This document shows positions 47,701 to 59,900 of a stretch of DNA of 64,000 bases, one piece after another; position 1 is the stretch's first letter; each line of letters opens with the position of its first letter. The translations under genes were made by a program, and so were the position numbers. The stretch is from positions 1 through 64,000 of the IMG/VR virus record IMGVR_UViG_3300002835_000047; one strand, written 5' to 3'. This stretch comes from a virus. The notes under the pieces are model-generated. The model saw only the letters and a program-made list of their open reading frames with translations. It was not told the origin of the DNA and did no database searches.

Positions 47701-47913
47701 GAATTGATTTTGGAGACTCAACCCACCATATATAATATTAAAACGGGGAATATGGAGCCATTGCAAGTTCAAACATTTCCTATAGGGCAAATTGCAAGTG
47801 GAAGTCCTATTGAACAAATTGATTTTATAGTGCAACAAAAAATCAATCAGCTTAATATTATAGCTCAAAATAATAACAAAAATCAGTTGGCAAATAAAAA
47901 ATCAAAACAATAA
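44770..47913 (+). CDS. Putative virion cargo/ejection protein
   Basis: 1047 aa, helical, N-terminus QPFTPDYKFL; directly upstream of the vRNAP polyprotein. Confidence 0.7.
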   Translation: MATYTQGNQPYLPNWQPFTPDYKFLSDVLDTKTNRYNTNYKELNDLYGKVVYSELSRQDTNEMRDQFTNTLGKQLELVSGMDLSVAQNVDYAKKLFKPFYDEKIIVKDMLYTKKYRDDMQYANQLQQSPDQQMRELYWTTGVEALNYQMQDFKNASADEALGMSLPQYVADADLEQKALDYLKKQGFDVTMDSISPDGAFIVKDRNGNLITEQAYRMASRALLDDPIVQQAYYTDAYVKSRKFADSGIQTGNFKSVSEGQNAWASEVINVYEKNLAIRSLNEKADLSKLQDINVNWENYIKNYGIIPGSTEEQELNVVQDELTSKLMAYQQTQSILQNAGTMDTKTTKGLLNKAYSLIMGYNMQDDLSAGVVAFSNINKSRELKVNDYYKQKLDHQHDFAKIQQQHTNAMTEEAQKQRNRIDLEKLKGTIGGSDFINSILGGGMDASGAVYNEMGTESSAIDTETGLAIDPKKYDYVNGQQNKILNYHQDALNENIQFGLEALEKFYPSKNGNNQYSLNFENTGITTTKVGSLPELRQYLQDPRNKTIAEGFIYKMHALMKDPDLAVKTNPNFVKENSGANYQELQTRFDVSMGRLTAVDNIQTQFMGTVSDNFDKAIQTDLTSETKSVREDIAAGALKIIQPSQNGTSRIISEQEFIADFIQKAKSKGPQNNKYYYYASPAAYTRASIGTLPPGGVSAQDLAMSSSRRPKTDGFIFNENLAVANAVKSYKRQKDIMNATLSGVLNTEAEKGGKGRIFQSFDAGSFMRGVPKDQMTAADALKNPSYPSFFDPTTIGKDPLSQRNFAFLVGQVKKTPSQDLTFYAGDIGKDDVRTESSNAKAKQVFDQWLLSVSSFSNAKASKTNIPKANITYNPVYGANDADNLGKTKAAYVITFDTDWLQSLQGSTNKPGLIGAIELESFKTITISFPQDKDVSDRSFKDFNFSNVIYDVEYSPEKQYVKNIDSGGRVRVYKNAKDELILETQPTIYNIKTGNMEPLQVQTFPIGQIASGSPIEQIDFIVQQKINQLNIIAQNNNKNQLANKKSKQ

Positions 47914-47924
47914 CTTATTTAAGT

Positions 47925-50900
47925 ATGCTAAATGCTAATACAAACGAAAGACTAATGTCGGAAGGTGGTTTGCCACAAACAAATCCTCAAATTCCAGATA
48001 GTAGTAAATTTGAGTTTCAATCTGTATATGATTTTTTTTCACCACCAGATACTCCGGAATTTAATCAAATTATGGATCCTGAGTATGAAAATATGCTTAG
48101 GCAACATGCACAACAAATTAATTCCTATGCTCCTGCTGCTATTGGTAATTTAAATACACCAACACCAACATTATCTTCAGAAACGTATAACCCCACAAAG
48201 CAAAGAACCGGATACAATTTATCTACTCCGGATGGTATACATGCGTTACTAAATGATTTTTCAGGAGTAATTAAGAGTGACAAACCGGTTATAGCAAATC
48301 CAATTGCAGCTGGTATTAGAGAAAGTAATTTTGATAGATACTATAAACATCCTAAATTTTCAAAGTTAGGCTGGCATCCTTACGCTGACAATGAATCTTT
48401 TTACAATGCTAATTCTTCTTGGTGGGATGATTTTGGAAGAATGAGTACTCAGTTCGGTAATCTTGCTAGCACAGGGTTTGTTTCATCATATCGTTCTATT
48501 GGTGATTTGTTTGATTCAGATTCATATTTTTCAGGTACTGATATGGAATCAGCATCAGAATTTTCTGATGCAATGCGAATTGGGAATAGTACACGAGGTG
48601 GTGTTGCTGGTTTTGCCAATAATTTAGCACTTCAGTTTGGATATACCGCTGGTATAATTGGGTCTATTGCGGTTGAAGAACTTGCCCTTAGTGCTGGGGC
48701 AGCACTTCAAGGATATATGAATCCTTTAGCAGATGCTGCTCTTGCAGGTAGAACTGCGTTGAATATGGGTAGATTAGGTAGAAGTATAGCACAATCTTTT
48801 GATGTTACAAGGTTTGCCGGTGCTACAAGAAATATGTATAATACATTAAGGTCTGTAGACGCGGCAAAAGATTTCTATTCTTTTGCTAAAACTGGTGGTA
48901 GAATTGCAGGTCAAATTTTTGCACCAGAAACTTACAGGGCAATAAAGACCTTAAACAGTACTGCAAATGGAGCGCAAAATCTTACAAACATGGCCAAAGT
49001 TTCAAAAACTTTTGGTGGTTTTTATAGGGATTTGAGATCTTTGAACTTAGCGCTTTCTGAATCAAAGATGGAAGGTGGTATGGTTTATGCTCAGCAGTTG
49101 GCAAATAATTATGATTATTATTCTGAAAAAAACAACGGTACCCCAGTCACTGAAGAGCAAATGGGTTTGATCACAGAAAATGCATCTAGAGCTGCATACT
49201 GGACTACACTTCAAAATGCGCCAACAATATTCTTTTCAAATCAATTGCTTTTAGGAAACGCTTTTGGAGCATACAATAAATCATTAAGTAGAATACTAAA
49301 TGATAATGTTAGTGGTTTGGCCGGTAGAGTCATAAGAGCAAAGGGTATCACTGAAGCTGGTAAAGCTGTGACTCGTCCATTTATAGATGCAGGTACAGGT
49401 TTAAAGGGTCTTTATAATACAGTTAAAGCTGCTGGAGTAAGGGGTAGTGTACAAATGGGTGCGCATGCTTCACTTAGATATTTTGCTGCTAATTTATCTG
49501 AAGGTATCCAAGAATTAACCCAAGAGGCAATTGCTCATGGTACAAAAGATTACCATCTTGAAATACTTAAAGATCCTGCATCTGGTGGAAAAGATTTATT
49601 GTCTGCAACAATTGCTTCAGCGGTTGGTTCTCAATTTAATTCCCAGGGATTTGAAACTTTCATGTCCGGATTTTTAATGGGTGGTCTTGCACAAGGACCA
49701 CAAAAATTACTTTTTCAAGGATTACCTAGTTTGTATCAACGTACTTTTGAAAAAGAAAAGTTTGAGGAATACAAAAAAAATAAAGAAACTTATATTAATA
49801 ACTTAGTTAATTCTTTAAATGATGCTTACGAGATCACAGCAAATGATCCAATGAGCTCAATTTTTGATACAAACAAAGTCAATCTTGTTTCTCAAAAACA
49901 AGCAAGTGATAATATACTGCAATCAATATTTGATGATTCAGAATTTGATTTTGTAGATGCTAAAGATTTTTCAAAATTTCAGTCTATTTACACAGTTCTT
50001 TCTAGTGGTAAAGCATCTGACTTTAAAGCTCAGTTCAGAGATTATTTAAAGATGACCAATGAGGAATTGGCTCAAATTTTTCCGGCTAGCAAAAAAGATA
50101 TAAAATCAGGAAAGCTTGCATCTAGAATGCAAGATATGATCAATAAAATTGATCAGCTTGAAGATTCATTTAATGAAAATAAAAATAAATTTCAGAATCC
50201 GTTTAATTCATCTATTTACAGAAAAGGTACTAGAGAGTATAATGAGGAAAGAATAAAAGAAATGTCTTTTGAGCATGCTAGATATCTTTACATGTTTACT
50301 GAAGATGGTTTTAAAAGAGCTTTGGAAAGATCTAAACTACTTTATGATGACTTAGCATCTGATCCAATTGTTGGAAAAATGGCAGCTAGTGATATTACAG
50401 TTTTGTTAGATCAAAACTCACTGGCTAAAGAAATTAAAATGCTCCTCAGTGAAATTTCTGTTTTAGATCCAAAGGAGAACAAAGAAATTATTGAAGCAAA
50501 AACAAATAAACTTAAAGGTCTTGATGCCGTGTTTAATGTTTTATATGCTAAAGAAAACTTAAATGCTAAAGGTAATTTTGATAAACGTAAAATAAATAAG
50601 TTACGCAAAGCTTTTGAAACTTATGTTCAATTGCTAGCAAAATCAAATGGTACTTTTGCGGATCAAAATAAAATAAAAGAAGCGCTTAAAAAAATTATAG
50701 ACTATAAAGATCTTTCAGAAAGAGCAAATGCTTATAACAAATCTATTGAGTACATGAATAACCCAGATAGATTTGATGAAATCAGATTAAGGGCTTACGA
50801 ATTTTATAAAAGTATTTTTAGAAATAGAGCACAGGTTTTTAAAGAGTCACTTAAAAATTATATTTCTAAATCTGAAATAAACCAATTTTTGAATGAGCTT

Positions 50901-53900
50901 GATAAACTAAATGTAATCCCTGATCCGGAAGAAGTTAAAATCTTTATGCAAAATGGAGACATTAATGTTCTTCAAAATTTTTATTCTGAATCAGGATTGG
51001 TTGGAAAAAATACTGACCCAGATATTTACGATCAAATTCAAGGATTAATAAATATTTATAAAAGTTCAGTAGAACCTACAGTCACTGAAAAACCAGAAGA
51101 TGAAGCAACTGCAAAATCAAATGTTGAAGAAAATATAGATGCACTATTAGAAAGTGCTAAAATTGATGATGCTCCAGAAAAAGCTGAAACATCCGTATAT
51201 GGAACTGAACCAAACATAAATCCTTTCATTAAAAAATTACTAGAGGCTAAATATAGATTATATGTTGGCCGCCAAATTAGTTTGGGTAAGAGTCCTGTAT
51301 CTCAAATTAATTGGCTTAAAGGCAAAGAAGCAGAAAGTTATTTGAATGCATATAAAGCTTTAAAAAAGGTATGGTATAATGATCTTAAAAATTCAGGGCA
51401 ACAAAGCTTAATTGAAACTAATGGTAATTTTGATATAGGTTTTGAAGAATGGTTGAAGAGCAAACAGGATGATCCTATCATTGATAAAGTATTTGATATA
51501 GTTGACTTAACTATTCACGATTTTATTAAAATTCCAACTCCTAATTCAAGTTTTGTTTCTAATACTTCTGACAAAGTTGTTGATGATACATTTGATAACG
51601 TAGTGATTATTGAAAATAAAACTTTGATTGATGATCCTGATACAGGACTTTCTACACAAACTTCAATTTTTACAGTTAGAACTAAAGCGGGTCAATTAAT
51701 TGAAGATGCATATACAAAAGCAGCCGGTGTTTCATCTGGAGCAGCTTTTAGTAATATTAGTAAAGCGCGTGAGGCAGCTAAAAAACTAGATCCTTTATTG
51801 GTTGAAAATACACCTTTTAAATTTGGGGATAAAGAAGTATTTTATGGTTCTTCTGTATATGATAAAAATGGAGATGGTTATGTAGTAATTGGTACGGCTC
51901 CTGAAGTTCAAAGAGGCGGTAAATTATTTTTACTTCCTTTTGATAAAATAAAGAATGCTTCTACTAAGCAAGAGAGAAATAGGTTAGCTAAGAAAGTTAC
52001 TGAAGATGAGTTTACAAACGATTATGTTTTAGATGAATTTAATTTTTCCAGGCTTTCTGAAAATACTTCTAAACTTTTAGTTGACGAGGCAGTTGGTGTT
52101 TATAGTTTTAGAAATGCAAATGAAACTGAAGAGCAAGCAAATCTTAGATTGCAAACTATTTTAGAAAATTTAACGCCGGAGGAAAAAAAGTTTCTTTTAG
52201 TTATTAAAAGAAATCCCAAAGAAGGAGTTAGAGGTAAATATAAAATAGGAACGAAGGATGAAAATCCTTATATCAATAAAGTAGCTGAGCCATTTTCTGT
52301 AGGTCTTACTTTTGCAGATCCGAACACAAGATCAAGAATAAATAATATACTTTCACAAAATGGAATAGAATTAAGTTCAGATCCAAATGGTGTATTTGGT
52401 TTTGTAAGAACTGGGTCCGTTCAATTTGTAAATAAAAAGAATGAGGTTATAAATCCAGTAAATCTTCCTAAGGAAATTATTGATGACACGTTTAAAATTT
52501 ATGAGTCTCAGGAACCAAATGCTGTAACTAATATCAGAAATAATTTTGCAATTCAACAAGCTTTTGTTGATCAGATTGCTGATAAGATGGAAGGTGTAGA
52601 TAGTATAATTATTCCTGCCAATGAGTTACCAGAATTTAGTTTTAATATTGGTTCTTCAGTTTATGTAAAAAATAAATCTGAGCGGAGTATATACGATCTT
52701 AAATACAATACTGTAGATGGGGTCCGCGTATTAATGATTAATGATAAACTTAAAGATGGAACTATATTAAGTCGCATATTAACGGATATTGATGACATTG
52801 ATGAGAGCAATGCTTTTGTAAATAAACTTGAATCTGATTTAAAAGCCCAGCCTGGTTTATTTGAAGTTTTACAAAAAAGTCAGAGATATGTTCTTTTGAT
52901 TAAATCACCTAATGGTTTATTTACCGGTGCTCCTTTAAAAACTAATAGACTTTCTGATGATCAAATTTTTGAATTAGGTCGTGAACTTATTAAAGAAGGT
53001 ATTAGAACAATTAATGAAAACTTAGTTGGTGAAGGATCTGTAGAAACAAAGAAAATTAAAGACCCAAACTTTAATATTGAATTTAATAGAGCTTTTAATA
53101 AAAAGTTTTACATTACAACTAACATTGAAGGTTATACTGTTGAAATTAATGTTAATTCAGATGGTACATTTAGAGCGGAGCTGTACGATAAAAACGCAAA
53201 AAAAGTTATTGGTACTTCATATATAAATGAAGGCAGGCAAGGAACTCTTGATTATCAAGATGTTGAAAATCCAGATATTATTGAACGTCTTTTAGATAAC
53301 CTTCAGAAAAAGGGTATTGATAAAGCTACTCAGGATTACAAAGAAGATAAGAAGAAAGATCCATCTTTAGAAATTCCTGAATGGACTAAACTAGAAATTT
53401 CAAAATCTAATGTAAGAGATAGTTTTCAAGAAGATGCAACTGTTGATACAGTTATTAATAATACTGTAACAAATCTTGATGTTAATGTAAGAACTAATTA
53501 TAAGCTTAGACTAAATGCAGGTTCAAATACCATTCAAGAAGTTTTATTATTTGCCGCAACGCCGGCTGCTATTCAGCAAGAAAATAAAGTAGTTGTTGAG
53601 GAAACACCTGTAGCTCCTGTTTCTGAAATAGAAGCTAAGAAAGCTGATATAGAAAGAAGAAGAAAAATATCATTAACTAAAATAACAGCAGAACAAGCTA
53701 AAAATATATCAGGTATACAAGATCTTGAAGGTTATTATGAAATTAATGGTTTTTGGGAAGGAGTTTATATAACAGATAAATTTGAAGGAAGGTCCACTCC
53801 TTATAAATCTGCTATTACAGCAAATTCTGAGAAAGAACTTTTAGATAATATCAATGCTAAATATGATGCAGAACTAGTTGCTTTAGAAGGAGTTAAACCT

Positions 53901-56900
53901 GCACCAATTGCTGTAACTACTCAAGAAGTTACAGCACCTCTTAAAAGAGAGTTGCAACAGAATCAAGTAAGAATAAAAGAGATTGAAGCTGAGATTGATA
54001 ATGCTGAATCCGATATGGTTAAAGCAAGTCAATTAATGGAAGATAATGCTGAAAGGCAAAAGTTAATTGCGCGGAACAGAGAAATTCAAAGAAAGCTGCT
54101 TGCTAACAAAATTGTAAGTAAAACACTTAGTGAACAAGAAGTTGCTGACATTGATGAGTTTGTAATTTGGGCAAATAATAATTTGCCAAACTTTATTACT
54201 GTTGAAGATATTTCTAATCTTAGAGATAACCTGGTTACTAACGGTGTACGTGTTGGGGCTTTTGTTTTATCAATGAATCAAATTGCAGGTGGAATGACCG
54301 TAAAAGGTACACTCTACACCGGCGCTAAATCTCCGTATAAATACCATGAAGCATTTCACGGTGTATTTAGATCTTTACTTTCTAATACACAACAAGATAA
54401 ACTATACAAGATTGCTGAGGCAGAATTAAAAGCAAAGCTTGGTAATAAGTTTGAAGAAGAACTATCTAAGTTTAGAAACTCTGCTGATTCATATAAGGCA
54501 ATGAGTAGAAAAGCTCTTGAAAAAGAGTTTTATGAAGAATACATGGCGGATGAATTTGATAAGTTTAAAATGGATCCTAGATCTACAAAAGCTAATCCGG
54601 CAATTAAAAACTTCTTTACTAGACTTATTGAATGGATTAAATCTTTGTTTAGTTCTTATTCACCTAATGAGCTTCAAGAATTATTCAAAAATATTGATTC
54701 AGGTAAATTTAAATCAGCATCGCCAATCAATAACAGATTTACTGATAGTCTAGCTAATGGTATCACTCTTGCTAATAAAATTATCCCTGTGGAGATGATT
54801 GAAAGTGAGACAGGTGCATTTGGATATAGGACTTTAGATAATGACTTTGCAAGAAGTCTGATATCTTCTATTTCTGCAAGAGTTATTATGCTTGAGCAAG
54901 AAAATAAAAATGCTAACTTTAATCTAAAGGAGGCGGTTAATGATTCTTTCAATAGATTTAGGGCTCTCTATAGTACTAAGCGAGAAGCCTATAAAACTAT
55001 GGAACTTACACCTGAACAAAAAAGTAATCTTAGAGATATTGAAAAAGCTTTTTCTGATTTTTCTGATTTTATTAAGGAGGGTGTTTATGATCAATTAAAA
55101 TATTATGATATTAAAACAAGAAACGTTGAAGATGATTTAGAAGATTTAGAAGAACAAGTAGGAGATAGACTTAGAACTACTGATCAGTATGACAAAGATG
55201 TAACTAGTATTGGTGGATTTTCTTCTCTTTCTTCATTCTTGAGAAAATACATTGGAACAACGTCTATTTCGGAAATGGACCAGTTTGGTAATGAATATTT
55301 GATTGATCAAGAAAAAGATATAAATGGAAATGTTATAGAAGGAACCGGTGAAAAGCTTTTAATTACTGTAGATTTTGCTACAGCTTATAATGGCTTTTTG
55401 AAAGCAGTTAAGAATATAAATGATCCCATTAAGATTTTACAACGTCTTTATTTTTTTGGTATTAATAATCCTCAAACTCAAGCTGTAGTAAACAAATTAT
55501 TTCTTGATTTAGGAATTAAATGGGAAGGTCAACTTGAAAATGATCAACTTCCTCAGTATTCTAGTACTATAATTGAAAAATTTAGAAATGGCCAGGAAGT
55601 AACGCCAGAAGAATTAAAAGAAGGTATTAATAGACCTTTACTGTTTCAAGCTGTACTAAAAGGTTTTGAAAATGCACGTGTTGATTACTTGTTTATACAT
55701 AGAAGTCCAGGCGATAAAGTAACCACATATACAGCAGCAAATAGAGATGATGCCAATACCCAAGTTGATAGATGGGGGCAAGCTTATATTCAAAAGTTTA
55801 AACGTTTAAAAACAAGTAAAGACGCTAGAGATAAAATTGTTAAAGAATTACAAACACTTGGGTCTTACTTGCAGTTTGTTGGAAAAGATGAGAAAGTAAG
55901 CAAAAAGCTTAAAAGCAGGGAAGATGATATACTTTTGAAAGATGCTATTAACTTTTCAAAAGTTATTGAAGAATATTTAGGTATTAGTTTAAGTCCAAAG
56001 TTTATTGAGTTTAGTATTGCAAAAAATCTTGAAGAGTTAACACCTTATCAGAAAGCATTACTAAATGCAAATTCTAATGCAAAAGTTTTAGAACAAACTG
56101 ATGTTGTAGAAATTACGAAGGCTATCGCCAGTAATCAAAATTTATTTACTATAGACGAAGGTGTAAAGATTAGACTTAAAGTAATTGCATTATCTAATGC
56201 GGAATTTGATGAAAATGTTGGGGCTTCTGTATTCAAGAATCCAAATGGTGATTTAGTTTATGCTCACCAATTACCATCATTTCATTTAAAGAAAGTAAAC
56301 TCACTTAATGATATTACAGATAATGGAGCGAAAATTGAAAAGTTAAAAAATTCTGATGACTATCTCAAAGATAACTTTCTTTTAAATAGTGAAGCATTTA
56401 AACAGCTTTCAGCTGAAGGTAAATTAAGAGTTCTAAGAATATCCGGATCAAAGATTGGTAATATTGATTTTGATGAAGATGGTTTGATGTCAGAAACTTC
56501 AGGTAGAACTCCTTCATCTGGTACAACTTATGGTGATTCAACACCAAGAGAATTTATTCTTAATTTGATTAATTCTTATAATTATGATGTTGACTCTTCA
56601 AAAGGTAAATTAAAAAATAAAATTTCTTGGGCAGCTGAAGATAAAACAATTAACGTTGCAGCTATTGCCCCTGTTCTTTTACGTGTACTAGAATCTTCAA
56701 ACACGGGAGATATGATGGCTTTACCTGTATTTAAAGCTGTAGAAAAAAATTCAAAGGGAGAAACTGTTTTAACGGACCAAGCACTTGATGCTATATTAAA
56801 CAATATTGCTGCTGAATTTACAAGAATACAAAAAGAGTCTAATCCGGAAACTGCAACTCAAGAATTATATGTTGGATATAATGCGCTTGCAATTGAAAGT

Positions 56901-59900
56901 ACAGAAACAGGAACTGAAGAAATTATTCCTATTAATGTAAATAGCCCAAGTATTAATAAAGCTAGAGCTTTTAACTTTCATAAAACAGGTGTTCTTTTAA
57001 GTCCATTAGGCCAGAAAAAAGAAAGCCGCCAAGGGATTGTAACAATTCAAACTTCTGATATCAAATTGGAAAGAATTGAAAAAGGAAAGCAAACATCTCT
57101 TATATATGATCAAAAAGCCGCAGAACAATTTATTGGTTTTACATCTACCGGTGTTGTTAGAGATGCTATTGTAAAAACTAAAGATGGAGACAAGAATATT
57201 CAAAAGAAAATTATTGGTAGAGGTTTAATAAGAGTAACGCCTGAAAATAGAGAAAGAATATTTGAAGATTTTAAGGGCTCTATTTCACTTATTCAAAATG
57301 ATCAGTTTAAATATGAAGTACGTATTGGCAATAAAAAGTTTTACGTAGAATCAATCAATGAGCAGAAGTTCTTACAAGGTAAGAAACCTATGTATATGTA
57401 TGATTTGATGGAAGTTGGGGAAGCTGGTTTAATGGATCAAGTCACAGCTCTTATTGGTGGATTTGAAGCTGAAGGTTACTTAGATAAACTAACTGAAGCA
57501 GCGCGTTCTCAGGAGTTTGCAGGATTAACTTTTATGGAAGCTATTCAAAAGCTTGGTATAAAGGAATCAGAGTTGAAAGGATTTTTGCAAAATAGAATGA
57601 ACCAAGAATTTGCAGAGTTTAATATTACACTGGACGAACTTGTTGGTGCAGAAGGTGGATTAGGAAACTTCTTGACAAATGGCATTCAGTCAGGATCTGG
57701 TACAATAACCACAGAATCTAGAGAAGCCGGTCGTTTATTAAATATTATTCCTGAAGACAAAGCATATAATCTAAAGCAAATCTTTTTTAATGACTATATA
57801 AATACTACGGCCATTAACCAAATTTTATTAGGTGATAGTGCTTATAGTTTGAAGGACGCGGTTGATGAAATTAAAAGAGCAAAAGCACAGTCAGCATCTT
57901 ACTATAGTGCAGCAAGTACAGTAGCTGCACCTGAATATGGTATTTACAAACCATTACAAGAAATTTCTTTGTTTGAGTTAACGGAACCTATTGTCAATTC
58001 AACTCATAATATCAGTAAAATTAAAAATGCAGATGCTCAATTGTGGATGACAACTAAAGCTTTCCGTAATTTTCAATACGGTTTTGGTAAACTTACTCCA
58101 GCCCAAGCAGCTTTGTTTGATAAAATTGAAAATGGTGATGATGTTAGTGCTGATGATATTTTTGGTACAGAGGAATCTACCGGATATGCTAAGAGGCAAG
58201 AAATGCTTAATTCTCAAAAGCTTGTCTATGCGGATGGTAAAACATTCGTTAAGATGTCAGCATTCCCATTATTACCACAGTTTACTTCAATAAAAGACTC
58301 TGAAGGTAACTATACTATTCCTAAACCTAATAAAGTAGCTTTACATAATTTAAGAGTTAAGCTTGAGGCATTTGAAAAAGAAAATGATACAGTTTCGGTA
58401 GCTGCCCCAAGATCTGCATTAAAAATGATGCAAAAGAATGTGTCTAACATTCACAGTGTTACTGGAACAACAAATCCATTAAGTCAAGATCAATCTGTTA
58501 CACTTAATGCTAATTACTTAGGTTTACAGGTTATTAATCCATCTAATAAAACTGTTATAACGGATCCTACCCAGGTTAAAACGTTGGTTACTTCTGAACA
58601 GAATGATTCTACAGAAGTGATAGTCAATGGTAAGAAAATAACACTAGGTGAAGTGAGAGCTGCTTATCATAAAGCAACTAGAGATAGAGGTAACTTAAAC
58701 TATATCAACAAAAGAAATTTGATATTCTCTTTTGATCTAGAGTATGCAATAGATGAACTTCATAAGAGTATTAAAGAAAATGCTATTACTGCAGATCTTT
58801 ATACTTACTTGAGATACGCAGAAGCTAGTCTTGCATCTACAGGTTCATCAAGTCATTTGATGGAATTATTTTCACTAGATGAATCCGGAAATCAAAAGTA
58901 TAATCTTAATAACCCTCTCACTTATGATAAGTTCTTGAATTTATTCATGAGCTATTTCAGCAAAAGTGTGTTTAATGAGAAGTTACCTGGTGCAACAATA
59001 TCATTGGTTTCTGATTATGGCGTAAGAGTTTACAGAAGAGTTCTTTCTGTAGATGAAAATGGAATGCCTGATAAATATGAGATTATTACTGAAGCTCAAT
59101 ATGAGGCTATGGCTAATAAACCTGGTATTGCATTTAATATTGATGAAGGTTCTTATCCAGGTAATGATGAAAATCTTGCAGGTCTTAATGATGCAGTGAA
59201 AAAATCTAAGGGTGCCGGTGTTGTTATTATTGACCGTTTGAGACATAACATGAAAGAGTATGACTCAAACGGAAAAGAAACTGGACAAAGGTATGGCGAA
59301 ATGATATTACCACCTCACCATAAAGAAGTGATGGAACAGTTACAACTTCAAGGTAAATCTATTCCGGATGTTGTAGGTAAAATGTTTGCTGTACGTATTC
59401 CTTCACAAGATAACCATTCAACTTATAACGTTAAGTGGATAGACTTTATGCCTGCTATTTATGGTTCTTCTGGTGTGTTTGCAAGAGAACTTATTGAGAT
59501 ATCAGGAGCTGACTTTGACATTGATAAACTCTATACGCAATTTAAAGAGTTTTACTTAGAAAACAATAAGTTCAAAGAATATGGAAAAGCTACAACTGAT
59601 GATGCTAAATACATTGAGTATATAAATTATGTAAATAAAAAAGTAAAAGATTCAGATTCCATATATAGTGAAGCATTATATAAATACAATGGTCGGGGTG
59701 TAGGTAAAGCTATAAGTATTACCTATGAAGATTTACTTTCTGCAAAGAGTAGAGGCTTTACTGAAAATTCTATAAATGCTTTATTGGTATTAGGTATGCC
59801 TGTTACCTTAGCGGATTACAAAAAATATAAGGAAAAGTTCAGACATGAACCATATGCCGCAGCAATTAATAATGATATTTTAGATTATAAGTTTGCACTT

